64,000 nucleotides of DNA, from positions 1 through 64,000 of IMG/VR virus record IMGVR_UViG_3300042945_001831. The stretch is one strand, 5' to 3'. Numbering within the stretch: the first letter of the stretch is position 1; the number at the start of each line of letters is the position of its first letter. The DNA is from a virus. The translations under genes and the position numbers were made by a program. Positions 13,918-25,756 of the stretch are shown here, one piece after another. Below the pieces are notes generated by a model. It searched no databases. It was not told the DNA's origin and saw only the letters and a program-made list of their open reading frames with translations.

Positions 13918-16900
13918 ATGTTAGAAAAAAAAGTTAAAATTTCAAATATTGTTGAAAATCAAATTCCAGAATTTCTAAATGAAGAAAATCCTTTATTTAG
14001 AGAATTTTTAAATCAATATTATATTTCTCAAGAATTTGAATATTCTATTGTAGATCTAGCAGAAAATATTCCTTCATATAAACAAATTGATACTTACAGA
14101 AATGTTGGATTGTCTACAATTTCTATAAATTTAACTTCTGACATATTAGCATTCGATGATACGATTAATGTAAATACAACTATTGGATTTCCTTCAAAAT
14201 ATGGATTATTACAGATTGATAATGAAATTATAACTTATACTGGAATTACAACAAATTCTTTTATTGGTTGTATTCGTGGTTTTAGTGGTATTTCTCAAAT
14301 TGAAACTGAAGGTAATCCACAATTTTTAACCTTCAGTTCAACTGATGCAGAAGAGCATTCATCTGGATCATTAGTTAGTAATTTAAGTTCTATATTTTTA
14401 CAAGAATTTTTTAAAAAATACAAATATCAATTTTTGCCTGGATTTGAAAATAGAACTTTTACTCCTGGTATATCCGTTGAAAATATTTTAACCAGAGCAA
14501 AAGATTTTTATAGTTCAAAAGGAACTGATAGTGCTATTAAAATCTTATTTAAAATTTTATTTGGAAAAAATGTTCAAATTATAAAACCATTTGACAATAC
14601 AATATCTCCATCAGAAGCAGAATGGGTAAGTGTTGATGAAATTATAGTAGAATCTTTAAATGGAAATCCATCCAATCTTAAAGAAACTACCTTATATCAA
14701 AATTCTTTTGATTCTCCTGCCGCAAATGGAACAATATCAAATGTGGAAGATGTTTATTTGGGAAATAGAAAATATTATAAAATTAGTTTTCCAAAATCTA
14801 CCATTAATGGAAATTTTTTAATTAGCACTAAGACCAAAGTAATTGGAAATACACCATCTTCTGATGTTGTTACTGTAGATTCTACTATTGGATTCAAAGA
14901 TGTTGGGAATTTTTATTATTTGGATGAGGCAAGTAATGTGTATATTCAAACTGAATATACATCAAAATCTCATAATCAATTTTTTGGTTGTATTGGGCTT
15001 ACAACCTCATTAAATGAAAATACACCTATTATAGATGATAATTTTGTTTATGGATATGAAAATAACGATATAAACTCAATATGCAAAATGAGGGTTGTTG
15101 GTGCGATTTCAAATCTTTCTACAGGAGTAGAAAATACAAAATATTTTCTTCCTGGAGATCAAATTAAATTAAAATATATTGGCGAGAAAACATCATTAGA
15201 TGATATGAAGTTTTCTACTTGGTTTCATAATAATATTTCATATATAGAAACCCAATCTGTAAATGCAGCAACAAATACAATAATAACAAAATCTCCACAT
15301 TTTCTACACAAAGGAGATAATGTAGATATTATAAACAAATTAACAAATTCAATAACAGTAAATTCTTCTGAAGTTTCTCTTGTATTGAGTTCTACTGAAT
15401 TTCAAATTGCAACAGGATCTTTAAATGATAATACCGAATATTATGTTAAGAAAAATTTAAAATTCGTTTCAAGTAATTTAAATTTAAATAATCTTCTTGC
15501 AGATATTCAAAATTCATTTATCGACAAAGATAAAAATACTTATATTGCATTTTCTGGTTATCCATCATACAGATCATTAGAAACAACCGATAGATCTAAA
15601 ATATTTAATTCAATCTCTGCATCTTCAGGTATAATTAATATTAATTCTCATGGATTTATTACTGGTGATAAAATTTATCTAGAGGCATCTTCGGACATAT
15701 CTGGAATATCATCTGGTTATTATTATGTAAATAGATTGAATGAGAATTCAATTCAATTATCTTTAAGTAGATTAAACATTCATTCAAATAATTTTTTAAA
15801 TTTTAATGGAACTGGAAATAATACAAATACAATCACACCAGCAGATCTTTATGGCAATAATTTAAAAAACCAAGATAACTTTAAAAGAATTTTAAAGAAT
15901 CCAGAAAAAAATACAAAAAATTTACCATTGAATGGTCCAATTGGAATTTCTTTGAATGGTGTAGAATTATATTCTCCGATTTCAAATGATTCTGTATTTT
16001 ATGGACAATTGCAAAAAATCAATGTTTTGGAAAGTGGATCAAATTATGATGTGATAAATCCTGCAACTATTTCAATTTTAGATTCATTAGGTTCTGGAGC
16101 AGAAGCATATTCACAGTTATCTGGAAGTATTGAAGAAATAATTTTAGAAAATCCTGGATTTGATTATATTGATTTACCGATAGTAAAAATTTCAGGTGGC
16201 AATGGGTCTGGTTGTGTTGCTGAAGCAAAAATGACTTCATATCAACATTATGTGTCTTTCTCTGATCTAAAAGTTAATTTAATTTCAAATTCAATTAATT
16301 TAGATGATGATCACAAATTTGCTGATGGCGAAGAAGTAATTTATATTTCTTCTGGTCTTCCAATTGGAATTGGAAGTACAAATGTTGGATTTGCAACATC
16401 TCGTTTAACAAATAATACATTTTATTATATTTCAAAAATTAATGAAACTTCATTTTCTATTGCTGCATCAAAAGAAAATGCTCTAACAAAAACAAATCTT
16501 ATAGATTTTTTATCTTTTGGAAATCAAACACACACCTTTAAGTCTTCTAAATTTAAAAATATTATTGATAGGATTTCAATTCAAAATCCAGGAAGTTCAT
16601 ACTCAAATAAAAAAGTAATAGTTGATTCTGTTGCATATCCACCGTTAGAGAAAAAAGATATATTTAAAATTTTTGTTGGCATAAACACATATGATGATTA
16701 CATTTTTGCAGTAAACCATAATTATAAAAATGGTGACTTATTAACATATTCTGTTGATGGTACTGCAATATCTGGATTATCAACTTCAAATTATTATAAA
16801 GTCACAATAATAGATGAAAATAAATTTAAACTGAGTTATGCTGGAACTGCTTCAAGCATAAGCACTACAGATTACGATAACAAAATTTATACAAATTTAA

Positions 16901-19900
16901 CTAATATTGGAGTAGGTACACATACATTTAATTATCCACCAATAACTGTATCTATTTTTGGAAATACTGGAATTTCATCAACAACAGTTCCATCATATTA
17001 TACTGCAACTGCATATGCTATTGTACGAGGTAAAGTTGAAAATGTATTTTTAAGAAAAGGTGGTGTTGGTTATGGTGTTACAAATATCATAAACTTAATA
17101 AGAAGACCAGAAATAAATCTTCAGACTGGAAAAAATGCTTCAATTCAAGCAATTGTAAATGATAGTGGAGAAATTTCAAACGTTTATATCATAAACAGAG
17201 GATCCGAATATACAACTCCACCAATTTTAGAAATAATTGGTTCTGGAAAATATGCAAAATTAAAAGCAAACATTTCTAATGGTGAACTGACATCAGTTGA
17301 TATTATAAATGGTGGAAAAGGATACGATAAAAATAATACCACAATAAAAGTAACTCCTTGTGGATCTGGTGCATTTTTGAATGCCGAAATTCAAAAATGG
17401 TCAATAAATGCAGTAGAAAGACATAAAAATGTTTTAGAAACAGAACAATTTAAAGGAACTTTACAAATTCCATCCGAAGCAAGATTTAAACAAAAAAAAA
17501 TAGGTTCATATTATGCAACAAAAGAAATTCGTAAAATTTTAAATGACAATTTAGATCAAAATACCTTTGAGGAGTTGGATGAACTTAATTCTCATTCTCC
17601 AATTATTGGTTGGGCATATGATGGCAATCCAATTTATGGACCGTATGGAAATTCAAAGAGTATTGCAGATTCTTCTGGAACTGGTGGATTAAAGAGGATT
17701 GTTTCTGGATACACATTGGATCCAATTAATGATAATTCATTGAGACCATCATATCCATCTGGATATTTTATTGAAGATTACAATTTTGATGATAGTGGGG
17801 ATCTTGATGAATATAACGGAAGATTTATTGTTAATTCTGATTTTCCAAATGGATCATATGCTTATTTTTCAACTTTAGATGTAGATAAAAATCCAGAATT
17901 CCCATATATAACGTTTAAACATCATAATGCAACTGACTTATTCAATTATGATGTATTGAAAACTCAATCAGATTCATATTTAAATACAGGAGAGTATAAG
18001 AGGAATATTACGCCACAAGGAATATCAGAGAAATATAAAAAATATCCTTTCTTTGATGATAATTTTAATTCCAATGTTGATTTACAAGTAATTCTTACAA
18101 AAAAATCTGGAATTTCAACAATTAGTGTTAAAGATGGTGGCACTAATTACAAAGTTGGAGACAAAGTAATATTTTCAAATGATTCAAATATTAATTACAA
18201 TGTAAAAGAAGTTTTAGGAAAAAATATTATATCAATTGCATCTTCAGAAATTATAAATGAAAATCTTGTTTTTTCATTTTTAGATAAAAAAGTTACTGCA
18301 TTCAGCACAGTTCCTCACAATTTTGTAAATGGAGACATTGTTGAAATTTCTGGAATTTCATCAGCACTATACAAAAACATAGAAGGATTAAAAACAATTG
18401 AAGTTTCAGCAGTAGTTTCATCATTGTCTGTTTCCATTGGAGACACAAGCACTACGGGAATTACTACATTTATCTCAATTTCAGATCCAACTTCAAATGG
18501 CAATTTTATCCCTAATAGTATCATACAAATTGATTCTGAGCAATTATTAATTTTAAATCTTGACAATTATAATAACAGATATAGAGTTCAAAGGGCATAT
18601 AATAATACCGTAGGATCAGCACACACAGCAACAAGCATAGTTCGTTTATTACCAAAATCATTTACATTTAATAATAATTCACAAATACAATCAAATATTC
18701 AAACTAATTATTCGTATTATTTTAATCCAAATACTTCTATTGGAATTGGCAACAGTTATACTAATGTTATCGTAGCAACATCTGGAAGTAATAATATTGT
18801 AAAATCTATTCCACCAAAATCAATATATTTACCAGATCACAAATTTAATACTGGAGATTTAATTTCTTACACTTCTATAGGTTCAACAATAATTGCATCA
18901 AAAAATAGTTCTCTTACTCCAACATTTACATTGAATGATTTTCAAAATTTATATTGTGTTAAAATCAGTGATGAATATATTGGAATTTCCACAGAAAAAG
19001 TTGGATTTACTACTTCTTATGTTTATTTTGTTTCATATACGGGTTCAAATCATAAATTTGAATCTATCAAAAATCAAGTAACAGGAAATTGTAAAAAAGT
19101 AAATGTCACAGTAACTGTTGAGGATTCAATTGATTTGATGAAAGGTGATAATATAAATTTAAATATATTACCAAAATCAAATCAATATTTTAATTTTAAA
19201 TTTAATGATGCTATAAAAAAATTAGTCGTCAATCCTGTTTCATTTGCATCGACAGCAGTTGGTGTTGGAACTGCAGATTCTACAATAACAATCAATAACC
19301 ATAACTATAAAACTGGAGATGTAGTAGTATACACTGCAGAAAATCCAATCACACCATTTGTGAATAATGGGATTTACTACGTAATAAAAATATCAAATTC
19401 ATCTTTTAAATTGGCATCAAATTCTTATAATGCCACAAAACTAGATTATGAATATATTGGGATTTCTTCATATGGTTCAGGAACTCACAATTTATCATTA
19501 ATTAATCCAAAGTTAACTTTTTACAAAGGGAACAATGTTTCTATAGCAGTATCAGATACTAGCTTGTCTGGATATGATATTAAATTTTATTATGATAATG
19601 AATTTAAATCAGAATATAATTCAACTTTAATAAGAAAATATGGAGTAATTGGAAATTCAAATCCTTCATCAATAATAAACTTTTTTATTGATGATTCTAT
19701 TGAAAAACAATTCTTTTATAGAATTGAAGGAAAAGATATAAAGTTTACTGATACTTATCCTTCATCAGCAAATACCGATGTTCAAAATTATTCATTAATA
19801 GAAGTAAAACAATCCATATACAATGGATCTCATGTTGTTTCTGGAGTTGGTACAACTTCATTTAATTTTACTTTAGTTGGAACAGCAGAAACAACATTAT

Positions 19901-22900
19901 ACAATCAAACTGGGATTTCAACTGCTTATTATTTTACAAATTCTCAAAATGCAAAAGGAAAAATATTTTCAATAAAAAAAATTGACTCTAAATTAAATTT
20001 AGAAAGAATACCTCAAATTTCCTCTATAAGATCAATTGAAGGATCTGATGGTATTCTTTCAGTTGAATCAAATGATATTGGAAATATAAAAGATATTAAA
20101 GTTATAAATCAAGGTCTTGAATTTTCAAATAATAAAACATTAACACCAAAAGCAGATGTATATACTATTTTAAAATTAAAAGATGTATATAAATTAAAAA
20201 CAATTGGAATTTCTACTGGTGGTAAAAATTATACTTCTCCACCAAATGTAATTGCTATTGGAAACTCATCAATTTTAACTAGAACTTCTATACAAGGAAG
20301 TTCTGTATCAAAAATAGAAATTATTTCAAATGACAGTGGATTATCGAATGACATTAGAATTTTACCAATCAATAATTCAAATGGAGTTGGTATTATTAAT
20401 GCGACATCAAATTTTAAAATTAATACTTTATATCTAAAAGCACCACTTTTAGGATTTGTCGAATTTCCATTTGATATAGGAGATAAAATTTTTGTTGAAA
20501 ACGTTTTAATAACTGATTCATCGGATGGTTATAATTCGAGTGATTATGATTATAAGTATTTTACAGTTACTGAAATCAATACAATTTCTGGTTCGGAATA
20601 TGTTAGATATTCAATTTCTGGTCTTGGTAATACTGGTGGATTATTCGATTCAACAAAAACTTTTGGTAGGGTCATAAAAGTAGATGATTTATGTTCATTT
20701 AATGTAGAATTTGAAAAAATTAATTTTCTAGAAGGCGAAAAGATAACTCAAATTAATAATAATACAACCGCATATGTTTCCAAAAATGGTTGGGATTCAG
20801 AAGCACAAACTTTAAAAGTTATTAATATCGATGGAAAATTTGAGGAAAACAATCAAATAAAAGGGTCTATAGGAAATTATAAATCAAGTATTGACTCTAC
20901 ATATTCATTTGATTTTGATTTAAATGTCAATTCAACTGTCAAAAAAGATAAAGATTGGAATACAGATAAAGGAAAATTAAATTTTGACAATCAAAGAATT
21001 CAAGATAGTGATTATTATCAAAGATTTTCATATTCTATAAAAGGAGAAGTTGAATATGATGTGTGGAAAGAACCAGTTAACAGTTTAACTCATACCTCTG
21101 GATTTAAAAACTTTTCTAATTTAGAAATACTAAATGGAATTGGAAAAACATCTTCTGTGAAATCAACTGATTCGCAAATTGATTTAAATGTTGAAATATC
21201 AAGTTCATCTTCAGTAAATGATAGATTGTACTATGATCTTGCTTCTGAAGATACCAGCAATCAATCTTTGTCAAATATAATTAAATTTGATTCCAAAATT
21301 ATTACAGACTACAATGAATCAAGAACAAATAAAGTTTTAGAAATTGATGATATTAGTTCACAATTTACGGGAATAACAACTACTATTGGTGGTCAAATTG
21401 TTGGTCTGACTTCATTTACTTTGTATAATAATGGAAATACACTATTATACAAACAATTCAATTCTTCTGGAATAATAACATCTTCGTCATTGATAACAAT
21501 TCCTGATCATGAATTTAATACTGGCGAAATATTGAAGTATTCTTCAAATGGAGGAACACCAATTGGAATTGTAACGACAACAATAGTTGGTGTTGGGACA
21601 ACAACTATATTGCCATCTAATGTATATGCTATCAAAATATCCAAAGATACGATTAAACTGGCAGTAGGATCAACTCAAGCATCTTCTGGAATAGCAATAA
21701 CATTTACTTCTTCCGGCATTGGAACACAACACAGTCTTTCAGTTGAATCAAATTTGGCCTCAAGTAGATGTTTAATTACTATTGATAATATAATTCAAAG
21801 TCCATTATCTAAAAAAAATATATCAGTAGGATTGTCTACTCAAGTTGGATTGACCACAACAACAATTTATTTGAATGATATTTCAAAGATTCAAGGAAAA
21901 TCATTATTAAAAATAGAAAATGAAATTATTAAAGTCAATTTAGTTGGTGTCGGATCAACCAATTCTCTCAATGTTATTAGAAGTTATATGGGATCTGTTG
22001 CATCCGCACATACTGTTGGTGCAGCAGTTACTGTACTGTCTGGTGATTATACTATAAATGACGGTAAAATTTATTTTTCTGATGCTCCTTATGGTCCAAC
22101 AGGAATTGGATCATTAACGTCAAAATCATCTTTTTCTGGAAGAGTATTTTATCGTTTAAATTATGGTACAAATTACATAATTGATGATATTTCAGAATCC
22201 TTTGATAGTATTCAAAACAAATTTAATTTAACAACAAACGGAACAACTTTATCTGGAATACAAACCAGTTTTGGAATTGTTTTGGTCAATAATATTTTCC
22301 AAAGACCATTTTACGGGGATGTTGGATCTATTTTGGAGTCAGATTACCAAATTGTTGGTACTGGACAAACAATTAATTTTACTGGATCTGATTATAGAGA
22401 TTTACCAAGAGGTGGAGTAATTAATGAATTTGATATAACAAACGGGAGTGGATATCAATCACCATATAGGGCATCTGCGTATGTAACTGTTTCTGCTGGC
22501 GGAACAATTCAATCAATTGGATTATCAACTGGAGGATCTGGTTATACTGCCACACCTAGAGTTTCTATTGCAGATACACTTGGAGTTGGAATTGGGGCAT
22601 CAATTATTTCATCAATAACAAATGGAATTGTGACTTCATTTACAATAATAAATCCAGGAAGTGGATATACATCTTCCAGCCCACCTACAGTTACTATAGA
22701 TGAACCATATCCATACAAAAATCTATCATTAATTGGTGGTAATGGCAATGGAGCAAAAATGAATGTAGTAGTTGGTACGGGAGGAAGTATAATTTCATTT
22801 GATCTACAGAATCGTGGTTATAGATACAATGTAGGTGATGTGTTAACTCTTTCTGGAATACCATTTAGAACTGGAATTGGAACTTCTGCATTTAAAGTTA

Positions 22901-24159
22901 CAGTAAAGAATAGATATCAAAGTAAATTCTCTGGTTGGACTTTTGGTCAATTATTAGAACTTGATGATTTTAGCAATTTATTCAATGGATTTAGAAAGTC
23001 ATTTTTATTAACAAGAACTATAGTCACTAAAGAATATTATAGTATAAATGCACAAAAAGATTCTGGAATTATTTTGAAAAATAATTTACTTATTTTCTTA
23101 AATGATGTATTACAAAAACCAGAAATAGATTACATTTTTAACGGTGGAACTAGACTTACATTCCAAGAAGCACCAAAATCTGGAAGTAAATTAAAAATTT
23201 ATTTTTATGTTGGGTCAACTGAAGATTATTTAATTATTAATGTAAATCAGTCAATAAAACCAGGAGATAGATTGAGATTACAAAAACAAAATAACGTTCC
23301 ATCTCAAGACGAAAGAATCATTTATGAATTAATTGCATCAGATAGCGTAGAAACACAAACTTATGGTGGCATAGGAATAGTCACATCTTCCACATTCTTG
23401 AGACCAGTAGTTTGGTCAAAACAGTCTTCCGATATTATTATTGATGGAATTAAAATATCAAAACAGAGAGATTATTTAGAACCACAAATATATCCAAGCA
23501 CAAATATTATTGCATCAGTTGCATCGACTGATTCTAAAATTTATGTCAAAAATACGTATCCATTGTTTAATAATTTAGATGATTTGTCACAAACTTTAAA
23601 TGATATTAAAATAGTTGGTTTGGGAACTACTGCAGTGACAGAAAAAATAAAAAAAGTCACATATTCCGGAGATTGTGGAATTATTGTTGGAATTGCCACA
23701 AGTGCTACTGGAATAAGCACATCATCTCCTATGATTATTTTTGATATAATTCCAGATCCAAATATTCCTGGAAATGTAGTTAAACCAGGAATTTCAACAG
23801 GTGATTATTTTGTTATTGAAAATACAATAATTGGATCTGGAGTCACTTCAATAAAGGATAATTCATCTTCGATTGTTTCTGTTGGAAATAGCTTTATTGA
23901 TAATGTTTATTATGCAAGTAATATTACTTCAATTGGATCAAGTTCCCTTCGTGTATATTCAAACGTAAAATCTATTTCTGGAATAAACACATCATTATTA
24001 CCCAAACTTAATTCTTACGGAACCTATACTTGGGGAACAATCAATATATCTAGAAATTCAAATTCTAAATCATTTGAATTTTACAATCAAAATGGAATTG
24101 CTGGAATTGAAACATCAGCACATGTTTCTAGATTATTGCAATTAAGATTAACTTATTAA
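13918..24159 (+). CDS. gp7: large baseplate wedge initiator gp7-like protein (3413 aa)
   Basis: lies between gp6 and gp8; QIPEFL, FYSSKGT, IQDSDYYQRFSYSIK, HTSGFKNF; many repeated beta modules. Confidence 0.85.
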   Translation: MLEKKVKISNIVENQIPEFLNEENPLFREFLNQYYISQEFEYSIVDLAENIPSYKQIDTYRNVGLSTISINLTSDILAFDDTINVNTTIGFPSKYGLLQIDNEIITYTGITTNSFIGCIRGFSGISQIETEGNPQFLTFSSTDAEEHSSGSLVSNLSSIFLQEFFKKYKYQFLPGFENRTFTPGISVENILTRAKDFYSSKGTDSAIKILFKILFGKNVQIIKPFDNTISPSEAEWVSVDEIIVESLNGNPSNLKETTLYQNSFDSPAANGTISNVEDVYLGNRKYYKISFPKSTINGNFLISTKTKVIGNTPSSDVVTVDSTIGFKDVGNFYYLDEASNVYIQTEYTSKSHNQFFGCIGLTTSLNENTPIIDDNFVYGYENNDINSICKMRVVGAISNLSTGVENTKYFLPGDQIKLKYIGEKTSLDDMKFSTWFHNNISYIETQSVNAATNTIITKSPHFLHKGDNVDIINKLTNSITVNSSEVSLVLSSTEFQIATGSLNDNTEYYVKKNLKFVSSNLNLNNLLADIQNSFIDKDKNTYIAFSGYPSYRSLETTDRSKIFNSISASSGIININSHGFITGDKIYLEASSDISGISSGYYYVNRLNENSIQLSLSRLNIHSNNFLNFNGTGNNTNTITPADLYGNNLKNQDNFKRILKNPEKNTKNLPLNGPIGISLNGVELYSPISNDSVFYGQLQKINVLESGSNYDVINPATISILDSLGSGAEAYSQLSGSIEEIILENPGFDYIDLPIVKISGGNGSGCVAEAKMTSYQHYVSFSDLKVNLISNSINLDDDHKFADGEEVIYISSGLPIGIGSTNVGFATSRLTNNTFYYISKINETSFSIAASKENALTKTNLIDFLSFGNQTHTFKSSKFKNIIDRISIQNPGSSYSNKKVIVDSVAYPPLEKKDIFKIFVGINTYDDYIFAVNHNYKNGDLLTYSVDGTAISGLSTSNYYKVTIIDENKFKLSYAGTASSISTTDYDNKIYTNLTNIGVGTHTFNYPPITVSIFGNTGISSTTVPSYYTATAYAIVRGKVENVFLRKGGVGYGVTNIINLIRRPEINLQTGKNASIQAIVNDSGEISNVYIINRGSEYTTPPILEIIGSGKYAKLKANISNGELTSVDIINGGKGYDKNNTTIKVTPCGSGAFLNAEIQKWSINAVERHKNVLETEQFKGTLQIPSEARFKQKKIGSYYATKEIRKILNDNLDQNTFEELDELNSHSPIIGWAYDGNPIYGPYGNSKSIADSSGTGGLKRIVSGYTLDPINDNSLRPSYPSGYFIEDYNFDDSGDLDEYNGRFIVNSDFPNGSYAYFSTLDVDKNPEFPYITFKHHNATDLFNYDVLKTQSDSYLNTGEYKRNITPQGISEKYKKYPFFDDNFNSNVDLQVILTKKSGISTISVKDGGTNYKVGDKVIFSNDSNINYNVKEVLGKNIISIASSEIINENLVFSFLDKKVTAFSTVPHNFVNGDIVEISGISSALYKNIEGLKTIEVSAVVSSLSVSIGDTSTTGITTFISISDPTSNGNFIPNSIIQIDSEQLLILNLDNYNNRYRVQRAYNNTVGSAHTATSIVRLLPKSFTFNNNSQIQSNIQTNYSYYFNPNTSIGIGNSYTNVIVATSGSNNIVKSIPPKSIYLPDHKFNTGDLISYTSIGSTIIASKNSSLTPTFTLNDFQNLYCVKISDEYIGISTEKVGFTTSYVYFVSYTGSNHKFESIKNQVTGNCKKVNVTVTVEDSIDLMKGDNINLNILPKSNQYFNFKFNDAIKKLVVNPVSFASTAVGVGTADSTITINNHNYKTGDVVVYTAENPITPFVNNGIYYVIKISNSSFKLASNSYNATKLDYEYIGISSYGSGTHNLSLINPKLTFYKGNNVSIAVSDTSLSGYDIKFYYDNEFKSEYNSTLIRKYGVIGNSNPSSIINFFIDDSIEKQFFYRIEGKDIKFTDTYPSSANTDVQNYSLIEVKQSIYNGSHVVSGVGTTSFNFTLVGTAETTLYNQTGISTAYYFTNSQNAKGKIFSIKKIDSKLNLERIPQISSIRSIEGSDGILSVESNDIGNIKDIKVINQGLEFSNNKTLTPKADVYTILKLKDVYKLKTIGISTGGKNYTSPPNVIAIGNSSILTRTSIQGSSVSKIEIISNDSGLSNDIRILPINNSNGVGIINATSNFKINTLYLKAPLLGFVEFPFDIGDKIFVENVLITDSSDGYNSSDYDYKYFTVTEINTISGSEYVRYSISGLGNTGGLFDSTKTFGRVIKVDDLCSFNVEFEKINFLEGEKITQINNNTTAYVSKNGWDSEAQTLKVINIDGKFEENNQIKGSIGNYKSSIDSTYSFDFDLNVNSTVKKDKDWNTDKGKLNFDNQRIQDSDYYQRFSYSIKGEVEYDVWKEPVNSLTHTSGFKNFSNLEILNGIGKTSSVKSTDSQIDLNVEISSSSSVNDRLYYDLASEDTSNQSLSNIIKFDSKIITDYNESRTNKVLEIDDISSQFTGITTTIGGQIVGLTSFTLYNNGNTLLYKQFNSSGIITSSSLITIPDHEFNTGEILKYSSNGGTPIGIVTTTIVGVGTTTILPSNVYAIKISKDTIKLAVGSTQASSGIAITFTSSGIGTQHSLSVESNLASSRCLITIDNIIQSPLSKKNISVGLSTQVGLTTTTIYLNDISKIQGKSLLKIENEIIKVNLVGVGSTNSLNVIRSYMGSVASAHTVGAAVTVLSGDYTINDGKIYFSDAPYGPTGIGSLTSKSSFSGRVFYRLNYGTNYIIDDISESFDSIQNKFNLTTNGTTLSGIQTSFGIVLVNNIFQRPFYGDVGSILESDYQIVGTGQTINFTGSDYRDLPRGGVINEFDITNGSGYQSPYRASAYVTVSAGGTIQSIGLSTGGSGYTATPRVSIADTLGVGIGASIISSITNGIVTSFTIINPGSGYTSSSPPTVTIDEPYPYKNLSLIGGNGNGAKMNVVVGTGGSIISFDLQNRGYRYNVGDVLTLSGIPFRTGIGTSAFKVTVKNRYQSKFSGWTFGQLLELDDFSNLFNGFRKSFLLTRTIVTKEYYSINAQKDSGIILKNNLLIFLNDVLQKPEIDYIFNGGTRLTFQEAPKSGSKLKIYFYVGSTEDYLIINVNQSIKPGDRLRLQKQNNVPSQDERIIYELIASDSVETQTYGGIGIVTSSTFLRPVVWSKQSSDIIIDGIKISKQRDYLEPQIYPSTNIIASVASTDSKIYVKNTYPLFNNLDDLSQTLNDIKIVGLGTTAVTEKIKKVTYSGDCGIIVGIATSATGISTSSPMIIFDIIPDPNIPGNVVKPGISTGDYFVIENTIIGSGVTSIKDNSSSIVSVGNSFIDNVYYASNITSIGSSSLRVYSNVKSISGINTSLLPKLNSYGTYTWGTINISRNSNSKSFEFYNQNGIAGIETSAHVSRLLQLRLTY

Positions 24160-24165
24160 TTAAAG

Positions 24166-24173
24166 TATAAATA
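24166..24173 (+). promoter_or_regulatory. late promoter TATAAATA
   Basis: exact gp55 consensus upstream of gp8. Confidence 0.8.
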
Positions 24174-24189
24174 GTCAAAAAGACACAAA

Positions 24190-25752
24190 ATGCCCGCCAT
24201 AATTACTGATCAGTTTAGAATATTAAACACTGAAACTTTTGTTCAAAGTTTTACTGGAATTGGCACTACAACAAATTATTATTATAGTTTTTTGGCTCAT
24301 CCAAATCCCACAAATACAAATATTGAAAATTATGGTACTTCTGATTGGCAAACAGATCCACCAGAACCAAAAGATTCATTGAGAGAAGAAAATTTATACT
24401 TTGATAGTATGTTATTTTTAAAAAGAATAACATCCAATGATGTTGCTAGAATTATTCCTAGAATTAATTGGGAATCTGGCGTAAGATATGATATGTATAA
24501 AAATAATTATAGTATCGACAACCCTTCATCGCAAACTAATGCAAAAACTTTATATGAATCTAGTTTTTATGTCTTAAATTCCGAATATAAAGTATACATT
24601 TGTTTAAATAATGGATCAAATCCAGAATATTTAAATGGACAAAAATCTTTATATGAACCAAATTTTGTAGACACAAATCCACAACAAGCAGGAGATGATG
24701 GATATTTGTGGAAGTATCTTTATACAATTTCACCATCAGATATTTTAAAATTTACAACTGAAAATTATATTCCTGTTCCAAAATTTTGGGGAGATCAAAC
24801 AACAGAATCTATTAAAAATTCTGCAGTGAATGGAAAAATACAAACGGCAATTATAAAAAATAGAGGATCTGGATATACCCTTTCTGGTGGTGGAGGTTCA
24901 ACTGGAACTATTACGGATATTCCAATACTAGGAGATGGCACTGGAGGAACAGTAACAATAACAATTAATAGTGGAGAAATTGATACAATACAAGTTACAA
25001 ATGGTGGTTCAAATTATACCAAAGCATTTATAAACTTTGGTGTTGGGTTAGGAGGAAATCCAGAGATTACAGGAGGTTCTGGAGGTTCTTTTGAAGTAAT
25101 TATTCCTCCAGTTGGTGGTCATGGATTTAATATTTATAAAGAACTTGGAGCATACAGGGCTATGGTCTATTCAAAATATGACTCTGACCCAGATTATGTA
25201 ATTGGAAACAATTTTTCAAGAATTGGAATAATTAAAAATCCAGTTGTTTATGGTAGTCAAATAGAACCAATAAATACTTCCACAGCAACAAATCTTGGTG
25301 CATTAAAATTAAAACCAGTGGGAGCTGGTAATACATCGGATACATCATATCCAATAAATGCATTAATAACACAATCTGTTGGAGTTGGGTCCACTGCAGT
25401 TGGATATGTTGCTTCTTGGAATGGAAATACTGGTATTTTAAAATACTATCAACCAGTTGGTCTCTCAACATTGTCTACATATGGATATAAGTTGAATTCA
25501 TTTGTTGGTTCTGGAACAACAATAAATTGTTCCACCGTCAGTGGATCTCCATTAATTGTAGATACATCATTTGGAGGTGATAATATTCAAGTTGGCGGAA
25601 AAGTGATTCAACTCGGACAAACTTTTTCATCTGGAATTTCAAATCCAGATATAAAAAAATATTATGGTGAAATAATTTATATTGATAACAGAGCTCCAAT
25701 CACGAGATCTGCTTCACAAAAAGAAGAATTAAAAATTGTAGTAGAATTCTAA
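24190..25752 (+). CDS. gp8: baseplate wedge subunit gp8
   Basis: YKVYICLNNG, DDGYLWKYLYTI, GEIIYIDNRAPITRSASQKEELKIVVEF. Confidence 0.92.
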   Translation: MPAIITDQFRILNTETFVQSFTGIGTTTNYYYSFLAHPNPTNTNIENYGTSDWQTDPPEPKDSLREENLYFDSMLFLKRITSNDVARIIPRINWESGVRYDMYKNNYSIDNPSSQTNAKTLYESSFYVLNSEYKVYICLNNGSNPEYLNGQKSLYEPNFVDTNPQQAGDDGYLWKYLYTISPSDILKFTTENYIPVPKFWGDQTTESIKNSAVNGKIQTAIIKNRGSGYTLSGGGGSTGTITDIPILGDGTGGTVTITINSGEIDTIQVTNGGSNYTKAFINFGVGLGGNPEITGGSGGSFEVIIPPVGGHGFNIYKELGAYRAMVYSKYDSDPDYVIGNNFSRIGIIKNPVVYGSQIEPINTSTATNLGALKLKPVGAGNTSDTSYPINALITQSVGVGSTAVGYVASWNGNTGILKYYQPVGLSTLSTYGYKLNSFVGSGTTINCSTVSGSPLIVDTSFGGDNIQVGGKVIQLGQTFSSGISNPDIKKYYGEIIYIDNRAPITRSASQKEELKIVVEF

Positions 25753-25756
25753 AGAA

